Assembly: GCA_016180765.1 (NCBI GenBank)
Contig: JACPAP010000232.1
Span: 1 to 38,724 of the forward strand
Origin: Gemmatimonadota bacterium
Lineage (GTDB): Bacteria; Gemmatimonadota; Gemmatimonadetes; Gemmatimonadales; GWC2-71-9
Length of the DNA: 38,724 nucleotides
Reading direction: 5' to 3'
The translations under genes and the position numbers were made by a program. Below are positions 23,802 to 33,187 of this stretch, in pieces (the first letter of the stretch is position 1; every line of letters begins with the position of its first letter). A model generated the notes under the pieces. That model saw nothing but the letters and a program-made list of their open reading frames with translations. It was not told the origin of the DNA and did no database searches.

Positions 23802-26274
23802 TTGAGGGAACGGGAGCGGTCCCTGGCTAAGCCGGAGCGCCGCTGGAAGGTAGGCTTGGCCTGTTCCGGCGGCGGCATCCGGAGCGCCACCTTCTGCCTG
23901 GGCTTCTTCCAGGGCCTGGCGCAGCACGGCCTGCTGCGCTATGTGGATTATCTCTCCACCGTCTCCGGCGGCGGCTACTTCGGCTCGTTCCTGGGCAGGC
24001 TCTTCTGCCGCGACAACCCGAGCCAGCGCCCGGAGGAGGTGCTTAAGGACTCCCAGTCTTCGCCCATCCGGTTCCTCCGCGAGAACGGGCGCTATCTGGC
24101 GCCCACCGGCACCGGCGACTTGCTCAAAGGAGCCGCGGTCGCCGCGCGGAACTGGGTCTCGGTGCACGTGGTGATGATCGTCTCGTGCCTCTTCGTGCTC
24201 TGCGTCTTCGAACTGATGGCGTACCTCGCGCTGCGGCCTCTGCCGGGCGAGGTGTTGCGCGTATTCGCGTTCCAGGGCGTGTGGGTGAGCCCGTTCCTGG
24301 CCGCGTTGTGCGCCGGCGCCTTGGTGGCGGTGATAGCCCTGGGCTGGGCGTACTGGCTGGTCCCCGACGCCGACCCGGGGAGCGGACGGATTCGCGGTGT
24401 GTTGCGCGTCGGGGTGGTCGCGCTGGCGGTCCTGGTCGCCGGCTGGTTCATCCGCCAGGGAATGGTCCTGGCGATCGCGTGGCCCGTGGCGATCACGGCC
24501 GGCGCCACGCTGGTAGCCTACGTCCTTGGCTGGGCGTGGGTCGCCCTGCGGCAACCGCGCGCGGGAGAGGCCGGGGCCGGCGGGGACGTGCAGGCGCTGC
24601 GGGCCGGCTTCACCCAGTGGCTCACACAGGCGCTGGTGGTGTTCGGCGTGTTCGTGGCGTTGGGCGCGGTAGACATGGTCGGGATGCTCTTGCTGCTCGG
24701 GCCGCCGGTCCGGATCCCCACGGTATACGCCGCGGTCGCCGCTATCGCGGGCGCCGTCCGGCCGCTGCTCCAGCGGTTCCTGCAGCAGAACGGGAAACCG
24801 GTGCGCTTGCCCTACGCGCTGGTGGCCGGCGCCGTGGCGTTCCTGTTGCTCTTCGCAATCCTCGGCGTGCTGGCCACGGTGCCGCATTACCTGGCCTGGG
24901 CCGGGCGCCTGGACGACGTGCGGACCTGGGATCCGCCCTGGCCGGTGGTGCTCGCGCGCCAGCTCGACCTGACTCGGCTGGTGTGGGTCACTGCCGGCCT
25001 CGGGCTCCTGGCGTGGGCGATGGGCCGGATGTTGATCTTCGTGAACCGCTCGTCGCTCTACGCGGTCTACGAGGCGCGGCTCAGGCGGGCGTACCTCGGC
25101 GCGTCGAACCCCAAACGGTTGGGCGACGAGCGGGGACCCATTCCGCTCGCCGAGAGCCATCCGGATGATGGTATCGCGCTGGCGCAGTACCACCCCGAGG
25201 AGTTGGGCGGGCCGGTGCACCTCATCAACGTCACCGTGAACGAGACGATTGACGGGCGCTCGCAGGTGGAGCAGCGAGATCGGAAAGGGGTCTCGCTCGC
25301 GATCGGGCCGGGCGGGGTGAGCGTGGGGCTTCGGCATCATGCCGTCTGGGACGCGGCGGCGAAGGCCGGGCTCTGGACCCGCGCGGTCCACTGGATGATG
25401 GCTCCGGTGGCACGGTCCCGCCCCGGGCGCTTCCGGGTGTTTCCGACCGCGGCGGTACCCGAGCAGCTCGGCGTCAGCGAATGGGTGGCGATATCGGGTG
25501 CCGCGTTCAGCACCGGCTTGGGCGCGCGCACCTCGTTTGGGCTGAGTGTCCTCGCGGGGTTGGCCAACGTGAGGTTGGGTTACTGGTGGAACAGCGGGAT
25601 TGCGCCGCAGGACCGGGCCGGGCGATCCCGGCGCAGCATCACCACGTGGCTGGGGTTCACGCTGCGCCACGTGCTGCCGGTGCAGGGGTTCCTGCTGGAC
25701 GAGTGGCTGGCGCGGTTCCACGGCGTGGCCCTGGAGCAGTGGTATCTCACCGACGGCGGCCATTTCGAGAACACGGCGGTCTACGAGCTGATCCGGCGGC
25801 GGTTGCCGTTCATGGTGGTGTGCGATTGCGGGGCGGACCCGGAGTACGGCTTCGAGGATCTGGGCAACCTGGTGCGGAAGGCGCGGGTGGATTACGGGGC
25901 GGAGATCCGGTTCCTGGATCGCGCGGGGCTCGACGACCTGAAGCTTGCCGCTGAGCTGCGCCCAACGATCGGCCCGCTCGAGGGCGTGAGCCCTCGCAGC
26001 GCCGCCGGCGGCGCCAGCCCGCGGTCTTCGGCTCACGCGGCGCTGGCGGAGGTGCAGTATGCCGGAGGCGGCCGCGGGTGGTTGCTGCTGGTCAAGCCGA
26101 GTCTCACGGGCGACGAGCCGGTGGACGTGGCGCAATACCAGGCGGATCATCCCAGGTTTGTGGGAGAGCTACCGCTGCCTGGGCGAGCACATCGGGTCGC
26201 AGGTGTTCCAGCGGGGTGGGGCGGGGACCTGGAGTCCGGCGGGGGAGATGGTGGGGGAGGTGGGGCAGGCGTGA
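23802..26274 (+). pseudogene. polytopic patatin-like phospholipase (about 8 TM helices inserted between catalytic Ser and Asp); C-terminal frame switch at 26160
   Basis: The oxyanion motif is CSGGGIRS, the nucleophile motif is TVSGG, and the Asp motif is YLTDGGHFEN. The start is TTG 23802. After ...QADHPRF (ends 26159) GC3 collapses in this frame. The next frame, from 26161, reads WESYRCLGEHIGSQVF... with high GC3 and stops at 26272-26274. Confidence 0.7.
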
Positions 26275-26482
26275 GCTGGCCGGTGGCGATCGTGTTGGTG
26301 ACGCGGCGTTCCGCGGAAAACGCCCTATCGGCGGCTTCAGGGATAATCAGTAGAATAGCCCACGAAACCCCGGGTTGCCCGGCCCCTCGCCGCCGGCACA
26401 CTTGCCACATGACGAAGGTTGGTATCGGCTCTGCCCTTCCGTCCTTCGGGGGCGCTGCCAGCCGACCAGCCAGGAGGGGAAA

Positions 26483-27019
26483 ATGTCGCTGCGGGTCTGC
26501 TTGAGTCGCGTAATCGGGAGCTGGCTTTTCCTTCTTCCGGCGGGAGCCTGGGGTCAGGCTCCGCCTCCACCCCAGTTGCGCGCCGACATTACGTCGCTCG
26601 TTCAATCCGGTCCCTCGCTCCTGGGAACCGCCACACCGGATGAGCGCCGCCGGTTTGTCCTCAAAGCCGCCGGGCTGCTGCAGCAGCTGCCTGATTCCAC
26701 CCGCGGTGGCACGGTGGTGGGTTCGGTGGAGGACGCGGTTCGCGAGTTGGAGAACGCGCTGGCGGCCTTTGGGCAGGCCTCGGCCGAGGTGCGGTCCGAG
26801 CCACCGGGGATGACGGTGCGGTACTGGCGGGCTTTCGATACGCGTGAGGCGGCCGCGAGCGTTACGACCAACGCGACGCTCCGCGTCCGCCCAGCGTGGT
26901 ACCTATTCGTGTGCCGCGACCCCGCCACCGGTCGGGAATCGGAGCCCGAACGGGTGGACTGCACGTCTCGATGTACCCACGTGTGCAGCCCCTTGAGGCA
27001 GCCGGGAGCCATGAATTGA
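26483..27019 (+). CDS. secreted hypothetical protein (signal peptide, Cys-rich C-terminus)
   Basis: AGGAGGGG lies 4 nt upstream of ATG 26483. The signal peptide is MSLRVCLSRVIGSWLFLLPAGAWGQA. The C-terminus has VDCTSRCTHVC. No family was recognised. Confidence 0.6.
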   Translation: MSLRVCLSRVIGSWLFLLPAGAWGQAPPPPQLRADITSLVQSGPSLLGTATPDERRRFVLKAAGLLQQLPDSTRGGTVVGSVEDAVRELENALAAFGQASAEVRSEPPGMTVRYWRAFDTREAAASVTTNATLRVRPAWYLFVCRDPATGRESEPERVDCTSRCTHVCSPLRQPGAMN

Positions 27020-27591
27020 TGGCCGACCCGACCACCCCACTCTCCGAGATCGCCAAGGGGATTCCCAAGTCCCAGGCGGCGGTCGGGGCTGCCGCGGCCA
27101 TCTCGATGCTGTTCCTTCCGGACCGGCTCATTCCGGAACAGCTCTCCATCCTGCGCCCTGCCTCCTCGATCATCGTCGTCCTATCCGTGATCCTGGCGTG
27201 GGTCTTCCAGCGCTGGTTGAGCCGCAGGCTCGGAGTCGTCGCGCTGGTTGCCGTGGTGATGTTGGTTCTCTTGATCCTCGGTCAGGTCGCGTTCGTGGTG
27301 GAGCTGTCGGCGGTCGGCGATCCCCCGGAGACCCACTACTACCTCGTCGGGACCAGCCTGACGGATAACGGCCGGGCGTGGGCTGGACAACTCGGCGTCG
27401 CCAGCGCCCCGCGCGAGGTTCAGGTGCTGCGCGTGGGCCCGGACGCGATCCCCGGCATGTACGGTGCCAGCTACTTCGCGGTGGCCGCCGCATACACCTT
27501 GAGTACGGTCACCTTTCTCTTGGCCAGCGTGCTCGCGATTGCGGCGGCGCAGCTCAAGCGTCGCGCCCTCGCCAAGCCCGGCGGACCATGA
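27019..27591 (+). CDS. membrane protein, 3-4 TM helices
   Basis: The ATG overlaps the previous stop (TGATG). Hydrophobic segments are SIIVVLSVILAWVF, VVALVAVVMLVLLILGQVAFVV and YFAVAAAYTLSTVTFLLASVLAIAAA. Confidence 0.6.
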   Translation: MADPTTPLSEIAKGIPKSQAAVGAAAAISMLFLPDRLIPEQLSILRPASSIIVVLSVILAWVFQRWLSRRLGVVALVAVVMLVLLILGQVAFVVELSAVGDPPETHYYLVGTSLTDNGRAWAGQLGVASAPREVQVLRVGPDAIPGMYGASYFAVAAAYTLSTVTFLLASVLAIAAAQLKRRALAKPGGP

Positions 27592-30329
27592 GGGAGGCCG
27601 TCCTTTGGTTGGCTTTGATCGCCGCAGACGCTCCTCGGCTCGCGGCTCAGGAGGTCGCGTCGGTCGCGCGGGACAGCGCGCGCCACTACGATCTCGAAGC
27701 GCAGGCGGTGCGACGTTCTGCGCTGCCCGGGTCCAGCGAGAAGGCTCTGGCGCTCACTCAGCGGGCGTTGGCGCTGTATCGAGGCGCCGGTGATGCCGTC
27801 GGGGAGGGGCGGATGCTCAGTCGCATCGGGGCGCTGTATTGGGATCTTGAGGACGGGCCACTCGCCCTGGCGCACCTGGATAGCGGCCTGACCCTGCTTC
27901 GCGCCGCGGGGGACCGCGCCAACGTGGGACGCACGTTGCTCAACCTCGGGAACATCCACCTCGCTAACCAGGAGTTAGGGCCAGCGTTGGCGGCGTACAG
28001 CGAGGCGCTCCAGGCCGCGCGCGAGGTGCGCGATACGGAAGACGAGGCGCTCGCGCTCTTCAACCTGGGGTGGCTGTTCCAGGTACGCGCCCGTCGGGAG
28101 TTCTCCGGTGAGCTCTATGACTCCTCTGCTGGCTTCTACCGCCAAGCAGCCCAACGCGCCGGCATAGCGGACACCGCCATGCAGGGCCTCGTGCTGTATG
28201 GGCTCGGGAGTATCCATGAAGATCGGTCTCAACTCGATTCGGCGCTGGCCCTCTACGCGGCTGCACTCCTGGTGCAAGACGCGGCGCGTGCTCGATCCCG
28301 CGTCGCCAGGACGCTCTATGCTCTGGGGAGCGTGTACGCGTCGCTCGGTCGTGCGGAGGTAGCCTTGCGGTATCTGCGTCGCGCCTCTGCGACCTACCAC
28401 GACCTGGGCGACGCCTCGGGCCAGGTGATGGCGGATACGAAGATCCAGGCGGTGCAGTACGGCATGGTCGGAGATCTGCTTGGCCGGGGTCTGGCCGACT
28501 CGGCGCTGGCGGTGCTCCAGCGGGCCACGGCGGAGGACACGGCTGCGCCGGCCGCGGAGCGGGCCATAGACCTCATCCTGGAATCGGACATCATCCGCGA
28601 AGCGATACGCAGGATGCCGGATGCCGAAGCGTTTCTGAGGTACGTGTCGCAACCCGACACCGCGGAGCCTTCCCGCTCTTCTGCGAGGGCTTTGCTGTTG
28701 CTGGCGCGTGCGCAAAACGATCGGCGGACGGAGGCCGATGCGCTCTTCGCACTGGGAGACCGTTGGCTGGAAGACGGCGCGGTGGACTCAGCGGCGGTTT
28801 GTTATGACTCCGCGTTGGCGCTGTACCGGGGAACTCGCGATCGGTTTGGCGAGGCGAAGACGCTGTACCGCCGGGGGTGGATGCGACATCGGACTGGGGC
28901 TGGGCCTGACCTCGCGGTCGCCGTTGCCCTCTACGATTCGGCTTCGCGAGTTCGCGCGCGGTTGGCGGGTGTGGCCGGGGATGATCCTAACCGCGTGAGC
29001 CTGCGCGAGCAGGACTTCGAGCTTTACGGGACCTGGGCCCTTGCCTGGTTGGCCAGGGCGGGCGAAGTAGGAGAGCGTCGCGCCAGGCTCGCGGCGCTCG
29101 CGGCCGCCGAACGGGGGCGGGCTCAGGCGCTCTTGACTCTCCGGAACGCGTCTGACACGGCCGGTGGTAGCGGGCTCGCGGATGAGGGTGCGCGCCTCAT
29201 GGAAACGCTCGCTTACAGCGAGGCGGTTTGGCTCTCGTACCTTCTCGCCGAAGACACGCTGGTGATCTGGGTGGCCCGGCCCGGCTCGCAGGTTCTCGTG
29301 GTCAGGGTCCCGGTGCTGCGGGCATCGACGGTTCAGAGCTTCGATACCGTCCCCCCCGTACTCAGCGCCCGAGGCCGATGGATGTCCGCACGTGACTCCC
29401 TCTCGCGCCTGGTTCAAGCCCTGCGCGCAGCGCTTGAGTCGCCCGGTGGGGAAGACGTGGCGCCCCGGGCCGCCGCGGTGGCCGCAGTGGTGATGCCGCC
29501 GGAGGTGCGCGCAGCGTTGGCGAGCGCGCGGGAGCTAGTCGTCGTCCCGTTCGGTCCGCTCGGCCTGGTTCCGTTTGCGGCGCTCCCCCTCGGTGATGAC
29601 GGACCGCTCAGTGCGAGATACGCGGTCCGGTATGCGCCGTCACTCTCCACCGCGGCGGCGCTCAAACACCCCGTGGCATCGTCGAGGTCGCGGCAGAGCT
29701 TGGTCCTGGGCAATCCGACGACCGGCCTGGTGCTCGAGGTGGTGACGGGTGGGGTCATCGTGCTGAAACGACTTCCCGGCGCCGAGCGGACCGCGACGTG
29801 GCTCGGAGAACTGCTCCACTCGCCGCCGCTGGTCGCAGCCGCTGCGACCGAGTCCGCGGTTCGCTCGCGGATCGGAACGGCCGACCTCGTGCACTTTGGG
29901 ACCCACGGATACAGCTACGCCACGGCGGAGCTCGCCCGCGAGTCGTTCCTCGCCCTGGCCCCAGATAGCGTGAACGAGGGAGTGCTCACGGCGGCTGAGA
30001 TTCTGGACTCCCTGCCTCCACTCCGGGCCGAGCTGGTAGTGATGAGCGGCTGCGTTACGGCGCTCGGCGACGTGCGGGAGGCGGAGGGGGTTGTGGGCCT
30101 GGCTCGGGCCTTCCTGGCCAAGGGGGCCAGGGCCGTGCTGGTAAGTCTCTGGGACGTCAACGATGCGGTGACCGCGGAGCTCGAGCAGGCGTTCTACCGT
30201 GAGTGGCTGGGCGTAGAGTCAGGGGCCGCTCCGGGGAGAGGCGAGGCACTTCGGCGTGCGCAGGAGTCGATCCGTGGGCGCCACCCGCACCCGTACTACT
30301 GGGCGGGGTTTCAGCTCGTCGGACAGTAA
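27588..30329 (+). CDS. secreted TPR-repeat protein with C-terminal CHAT (caspase-fold) protease domain
   Basis: The ATG overlaps the previous stop (ATGA), and the signal-like N-terminus ends LAAQE. There are many TPR-like units (ALALTQRALALYRGAGD, GRTLLNLGNIHL, ...). The CHAT dyad context is LVHFGTHG and LVVMSGCVT. The family-typical end is HPYYWAGFQLVGQ. Confidence 0.85.
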   Translation: MREAVLWLALIAADAPRLAAQEVASVARDSARHYDLEAQAVRRSALPGSSEKALALTQRALALYRGAGDAVGEGRMLSRIGALYWDLEDGPLALAHLDSGLTLLRAAGDRANVGRTLLNLGNIHLANQELGPALAAYSEALQAAREVRDTEDEALALFNLGWLFQVRARREFSGELYDSSAGFYRQAAQRAGIADTAMQGLVLYGLGSIHEDRSQLDSALALYAAALLVQDAARARSRVARTLYALGSVYASLGRAEVALRYLRRASATYHDLGDASGQVMADTKIQAVQYGMVGDLLGRGLADSALAVLQRATAEDTAAPAAERAIDLILESDIIREAIRRMPDAEAFLRYVSQPDTAEPSRSSARALLLLARAQNDRRTEADALFALGDRWLEDGAVDSAAVCYDSALALYRGTRDRFGEAKTLYRRGWMRHRTGAGPDLAVAVALYDSASRVRARLAGVAGDDPNRVSLREQDFELYGTWALAWLARAGEVGERRARLAALAAAERGRAQALLTLRNASDTAGGSGLADEGARLMETLAYSEAVWLSYLLAEDTLVIWVARPGSQVLVVRVPVLRASTVQSFDTVPPVLSARGRWMSARDSLSRLVQALRAALESPGGEDVAPRAAAVAAVVMPPEVRAALASARELVVVPFGPLGLVPFAALPLGDDGPLSARYAVRYAPSLSTAAALKHPVASSRSRQSLVLGNPTTGLVLEVVTGGVIVLKRLPGAERTATWLGELLHSPPLVAAAATESAVRSRIGTADLVHFGTHGYSYATAELARESFLALAPDSVNEGVLTAAEILDSLPPLRAELVVMSGCVTALGDVREAEGVVGLARAFLAKGARAVLVSLWDVNDAVTAELEQAFYREWLGVESGAAPGRGEALRRAQESIRGRHPHPYYWAGFQLVGQ

Positions 30330-30501
30330 GGTGGGGAGCCGACGGGGTCTCTTCAGGACGCACGGGGAGCCGTGACCTGCGTTGGTTCGTCGTCCCTCGT
30401 TCGCCGTTGACACACTGACCCCCCCGCGTCACCTTCGCCCGGTCACCTGGTTTTTCAGTCTGACGCCACGCCCCGCATACTGCCGTCCCAGGGAGTGCCG
30501 T

Positions 30502-33177
30502 ATGAAAAGGAATAGCCACCCGCTCCGCTCTGTGTTCATCCTGTTGGCGATCGCGTCGGTCCATTCAGCCGTCGTCCAGGCCCAGCAGCTGACCAGCCCC
30601 GAGCAGTTCTTCGGTTTCCCCATGGGCGCCGATCGCAAGCTCGCCCGCTGGGACAAGCTGGTGGAGTACTACCACCTGCTGGATCGTCAGAGCGACCGCA
30701 TGCAGGTGGTGAACCTGGGCCCCACCACCATGGGCAACCCGTTCCTGGTCCTGTTCATCTCCTCGCCTCAGAACCTCGCGCGGCTGGATGAATTCCGGCA
30801 GATGAACGCCAAGCTCAGTGATCCGCGCGGCGTATCCGAGGACGAGATCCGGCGCATCGTGGCCAACGGGAAAGCCGTCGTGGTTCAGTCCTTTGGACTC
30901 CACTCGTCCGAGGTGGCCGCCAGCCAGACGGCCGCCGAGCTGATGTACGACCTGCTCCGCCGCACGGACGACGAGACCCAGCGCATCATGGATCACGTGA
31001 TCGCCATCATGATCCCGTGCTTCAACCCGGACGGCGAGATCCTGGTCACCGACTGGTACAACAAGTACGTGGGCACCGAGTACGAGGGCGTGGGCTTGAA
31101 CGTGCTCTACCACAAGTACGTGGGCCACGACAACAACCGCGACGCGTTCATGACCAACATGGTGGAGTCCCAGTACGCGGCCAAGATCCTGTTCCGCGAC
31201 TGGATTCCCCAGGCCTACATCGACCACCACCAGATGGGGCCTTACGGCGCCCGCATCTACGTGCCCCCTTATGCCGAGCCCATTCGGCCCGAGAGCGATC
31301 CCCTGGTGTGGCGCGAGATGAGCTGGTGGGGTGCGCACATCGCCTATAAAGAGGAAGAGGCCGGACTGAACGGCGTGGTGAACGCCGCCATCTACTCCGG
31401 CTGGGGCCACTTCGGGTTCCACTGGATCACGCCGTTTCACAACATCGCCGGCATGCTGACCGAGTCGGCCAGCGCGCGACTTGCGTCGCCGCTCTATCTG
31501 CATCCCGATCAGGTCCGCGGCGGAGCGCGCGGCCTGCCCGAGTACGAGGCACAGACCACCTTCCCCAACCCCTGGCCCGGCGGCTGGTGGCGGGTACGCG
31601 ACATCGTGGAGCGGCAGAAGGTCGCCGCCTGGGCCGCGGTGGATCTCGCGGCGCGGAATCGCGAGACGGTTCTGTGGAACGCCTATCTCAAGGCCAGGCG
31701 GCAGACCGAGCGGGGCGCGGCCGGGACCATCGCCGGGACCGTGGCGTACCTCATTTCCGCCGAGCAGCACGACCCGCTCACGGCCACCAAGCTGGTCAAT
31801 AAGCTGCTGGTGCAGGGCATCGAGGTACAGCGTGCCTCGGCCGAGTTTACCCACGAGGGCAAGGTGTACGGCGCGGGCTCGTTCGTGGTCTCTATGGCGC
31901 AGCCCAAGGCCGGCGTGATCCGTTATCTCCTGGGCCGCACCTTCTATCCCGACAACAGCTACACCCGCGACAGCCAGGGCAATCCCATTCGCCCCTATGA
32001 CATGTCGGCCGACGTGATGGCCGAGTTCATGGGCCTGCGGGTGGACGCGGCAGCAGCGGCAGTGGCCGCGGAAGCGGCAGGGCTAGCGACGGTCGCGGCG
32101 GCGATCGAGCCCGCGGGCAAAGTCACCAAGGGGGCCAACGGCTACATGATTGACGGCTGGTTGAACGACGCCTTCCGCGCGGTGAACCTGTTGTGGGACA
32201 GGAATGTCAGAGTCCGTCGCGTGAGCCGGGCGGCCGCGGGTGTTCGGCCGGGCGATTTCGTCGTGACCGCCGCGCCCGACGCAACCGTCCAGGATATCGC
32301 GCGGCAGACCGGCGTGGACTTCGGCGCACTGGCCAGCGACGTCACCCAATCCAGCTACGACGTGCGGCGCCTCCGCATCGGTATGTACCAGCGTTACTAC
32401 GGCGGCAACATGGACGAAGGGTGGACCCGCTGGCTGCTGGAGCAATGGGGCTTCCCGTACAAGTCCCTGTTCGACGCCGAGATCAAGGCCGGGAACCTGG
32501 CGGCCAAGTACGACGTGATCATCCTGCCGGACGACAACGTGCGGATGATCACGGGAGACCGCGCACCTCCAGGCGCCGCCGCTGGTGGAGGTGGCTTCGG
32601 CGGACAGCAACCCGAGCCGCCGCCGGAATTCCGGAGCGGTATCGGCGCCGAGGGCGTCACGGCACTCAAGCAATTCGTCCAGAGCGGCGGGACGGTGGTG
32701 ACGTTCGGCGAAGCGGGCGAGTTTGCCATCGAGAAGCTTGAGGTGCCGATTCGCGACGTGGTGGCCAACCTGCCCACCAAGGAGTTCTGGTCTCCCGGCT
32801 CCACGCTCCGGATCCACGTGGACACCGCCCACCCGCTCGCCTTCGGCATGCCGGAGCAGGCGCTGGCCACGTTCCTCCAGGGCAACCACGCGTACGAGGT
32901 CGTCCCCACGGCCACGAATGAGAAGGTGGAACGGATCGCCACGTTCGTGGACCGGGACCTTCTCCAAAGCGGGTGGCTGCTGGGAGAAGACCGGATCGCC
33001 AAGAAGGCGGCCGTGGTCGCCGTGCAGCAGGGGCAGGGCAAGGTGGTGATGATCGGCTTCCGGGCTCAGCACCGCGCCCAGACGCACGGCACCTTCAAGC
33101 TGGTGTTCAACACGCTGGTGAGCGGGCCGGAGGGGCGCGCGGCCGCAGCGGCGGGTCTGAGCCAGGCAGGGCGGTAG
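30502..33177 (+). CDS. large secreted M14-family zinc carboxypeptidase-like protein (paralog 2)
   Basis: GGGAG lies 6 nt upstream of ATG 30502, and the signal peptide ends VQAQQ. Motifs are FGLHSSEVAA (HxxE), NPDG, YVGHDNNRD and DHHQMGP. It is colinear with 18713-21505. Confidence 0.8.
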   Translation: MKRNSHPLRSVFILLAIASVHSAVVQAQQLTSPEQFFGFPMGADRKLARWDKLVEYYHLLDRQSDRMQVVNLGPTTMGNPFLVLFISSPQNLARLDEFRQMNAKLSDPRGVSEDEIRRIVANGKAVVVQSFGLHSSEVAASQTAAELMYDLLRRTDDETQRIMDHVIAIMIPCFNPDGEILVTDWYNKYVGTEYEGVGLNVLYHKYVGHDNNRDAFMTNMVESQYAAKILFRDWIPQAYIDHHQMGPYGARIYVPPYAEPIRPESDPLVWREMSWWGAHIAYKEEEAGLNGVVNAAIYSGWGHFGFHWITPFHNIAGMLTESASARLASPLYLHPDQVRGGARGLPEYEAQTTFPNPWPGGWWRVRDIVERQKVAAWAAVDLAARNRETVLWNAYLKARRQTERGAAGTIAGTVAYLISAEQHDPLTATKLVNKLLVQGIEVQRASAEFTHEGKVYGAGSFVVSMAQPKAGVIRYLLGRTFYPDNSYTRDSQGNPIRPYDMSADVMAEFMGLRVDAAAAAVAAEAAGLATVAAAIEPAGKVTKGANGYMIDGWLNDAFRAVNLLWDRNVRVRRVSRAAAGVRPGDFVVTAAPDATVQDIARQTGVDFGALASDVTQSSYDVRRLRIGMYQRYYGGNMDEGWTRWLLEQWGFPYKSLFDAEIKAGNLAAKYDVIILPDDNVRMITGDRAPPGAAAGGGGFGGQQPEPPPEFRSGIGAEGVTALKQFVQSGGTVVTFGEAGEFAIEKLEVPIRDVVANLPTKEFWSPGSTLRIHVDTAHPLAFGMPEQALATFLQGNHAYEVVPTATNEKVERIATFVDRDLLQSGWLLGEDRIAKKAAVVAVQQGQGKVVMIGFRAQHRAQTHGTFKLVFNTLVSGPEGRAAAAAGLSQAGR

Positions 33178-33187
33178 CGAGCAGCCC

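Noticed and set aside
22815-26150. 1111-aa minus-strand ORF, the longest in the track
   Set aside because: - It is antisense to the 4-TM and patatin genes.
- The translation is Arg/Pro/Gly/His-rich low-complexity text with no motifs.
- The plus-strand frames carry clear catalytic motifs, TM helices and high GC3.
- It is a typical high-GC shadow ORF.
26275-26504. Extension of the patatin ORF to 26504, and the long N-terminal extension of the next ORF from 26375
   Set aside because: - GC3 is low and the text is low-complexity in both.
- A strong AGGAGGGG-ATG at 26483 followed by a signal peptide defines the real downstream start.
- The patatin coding signal moves to another frame that stops at 26274.
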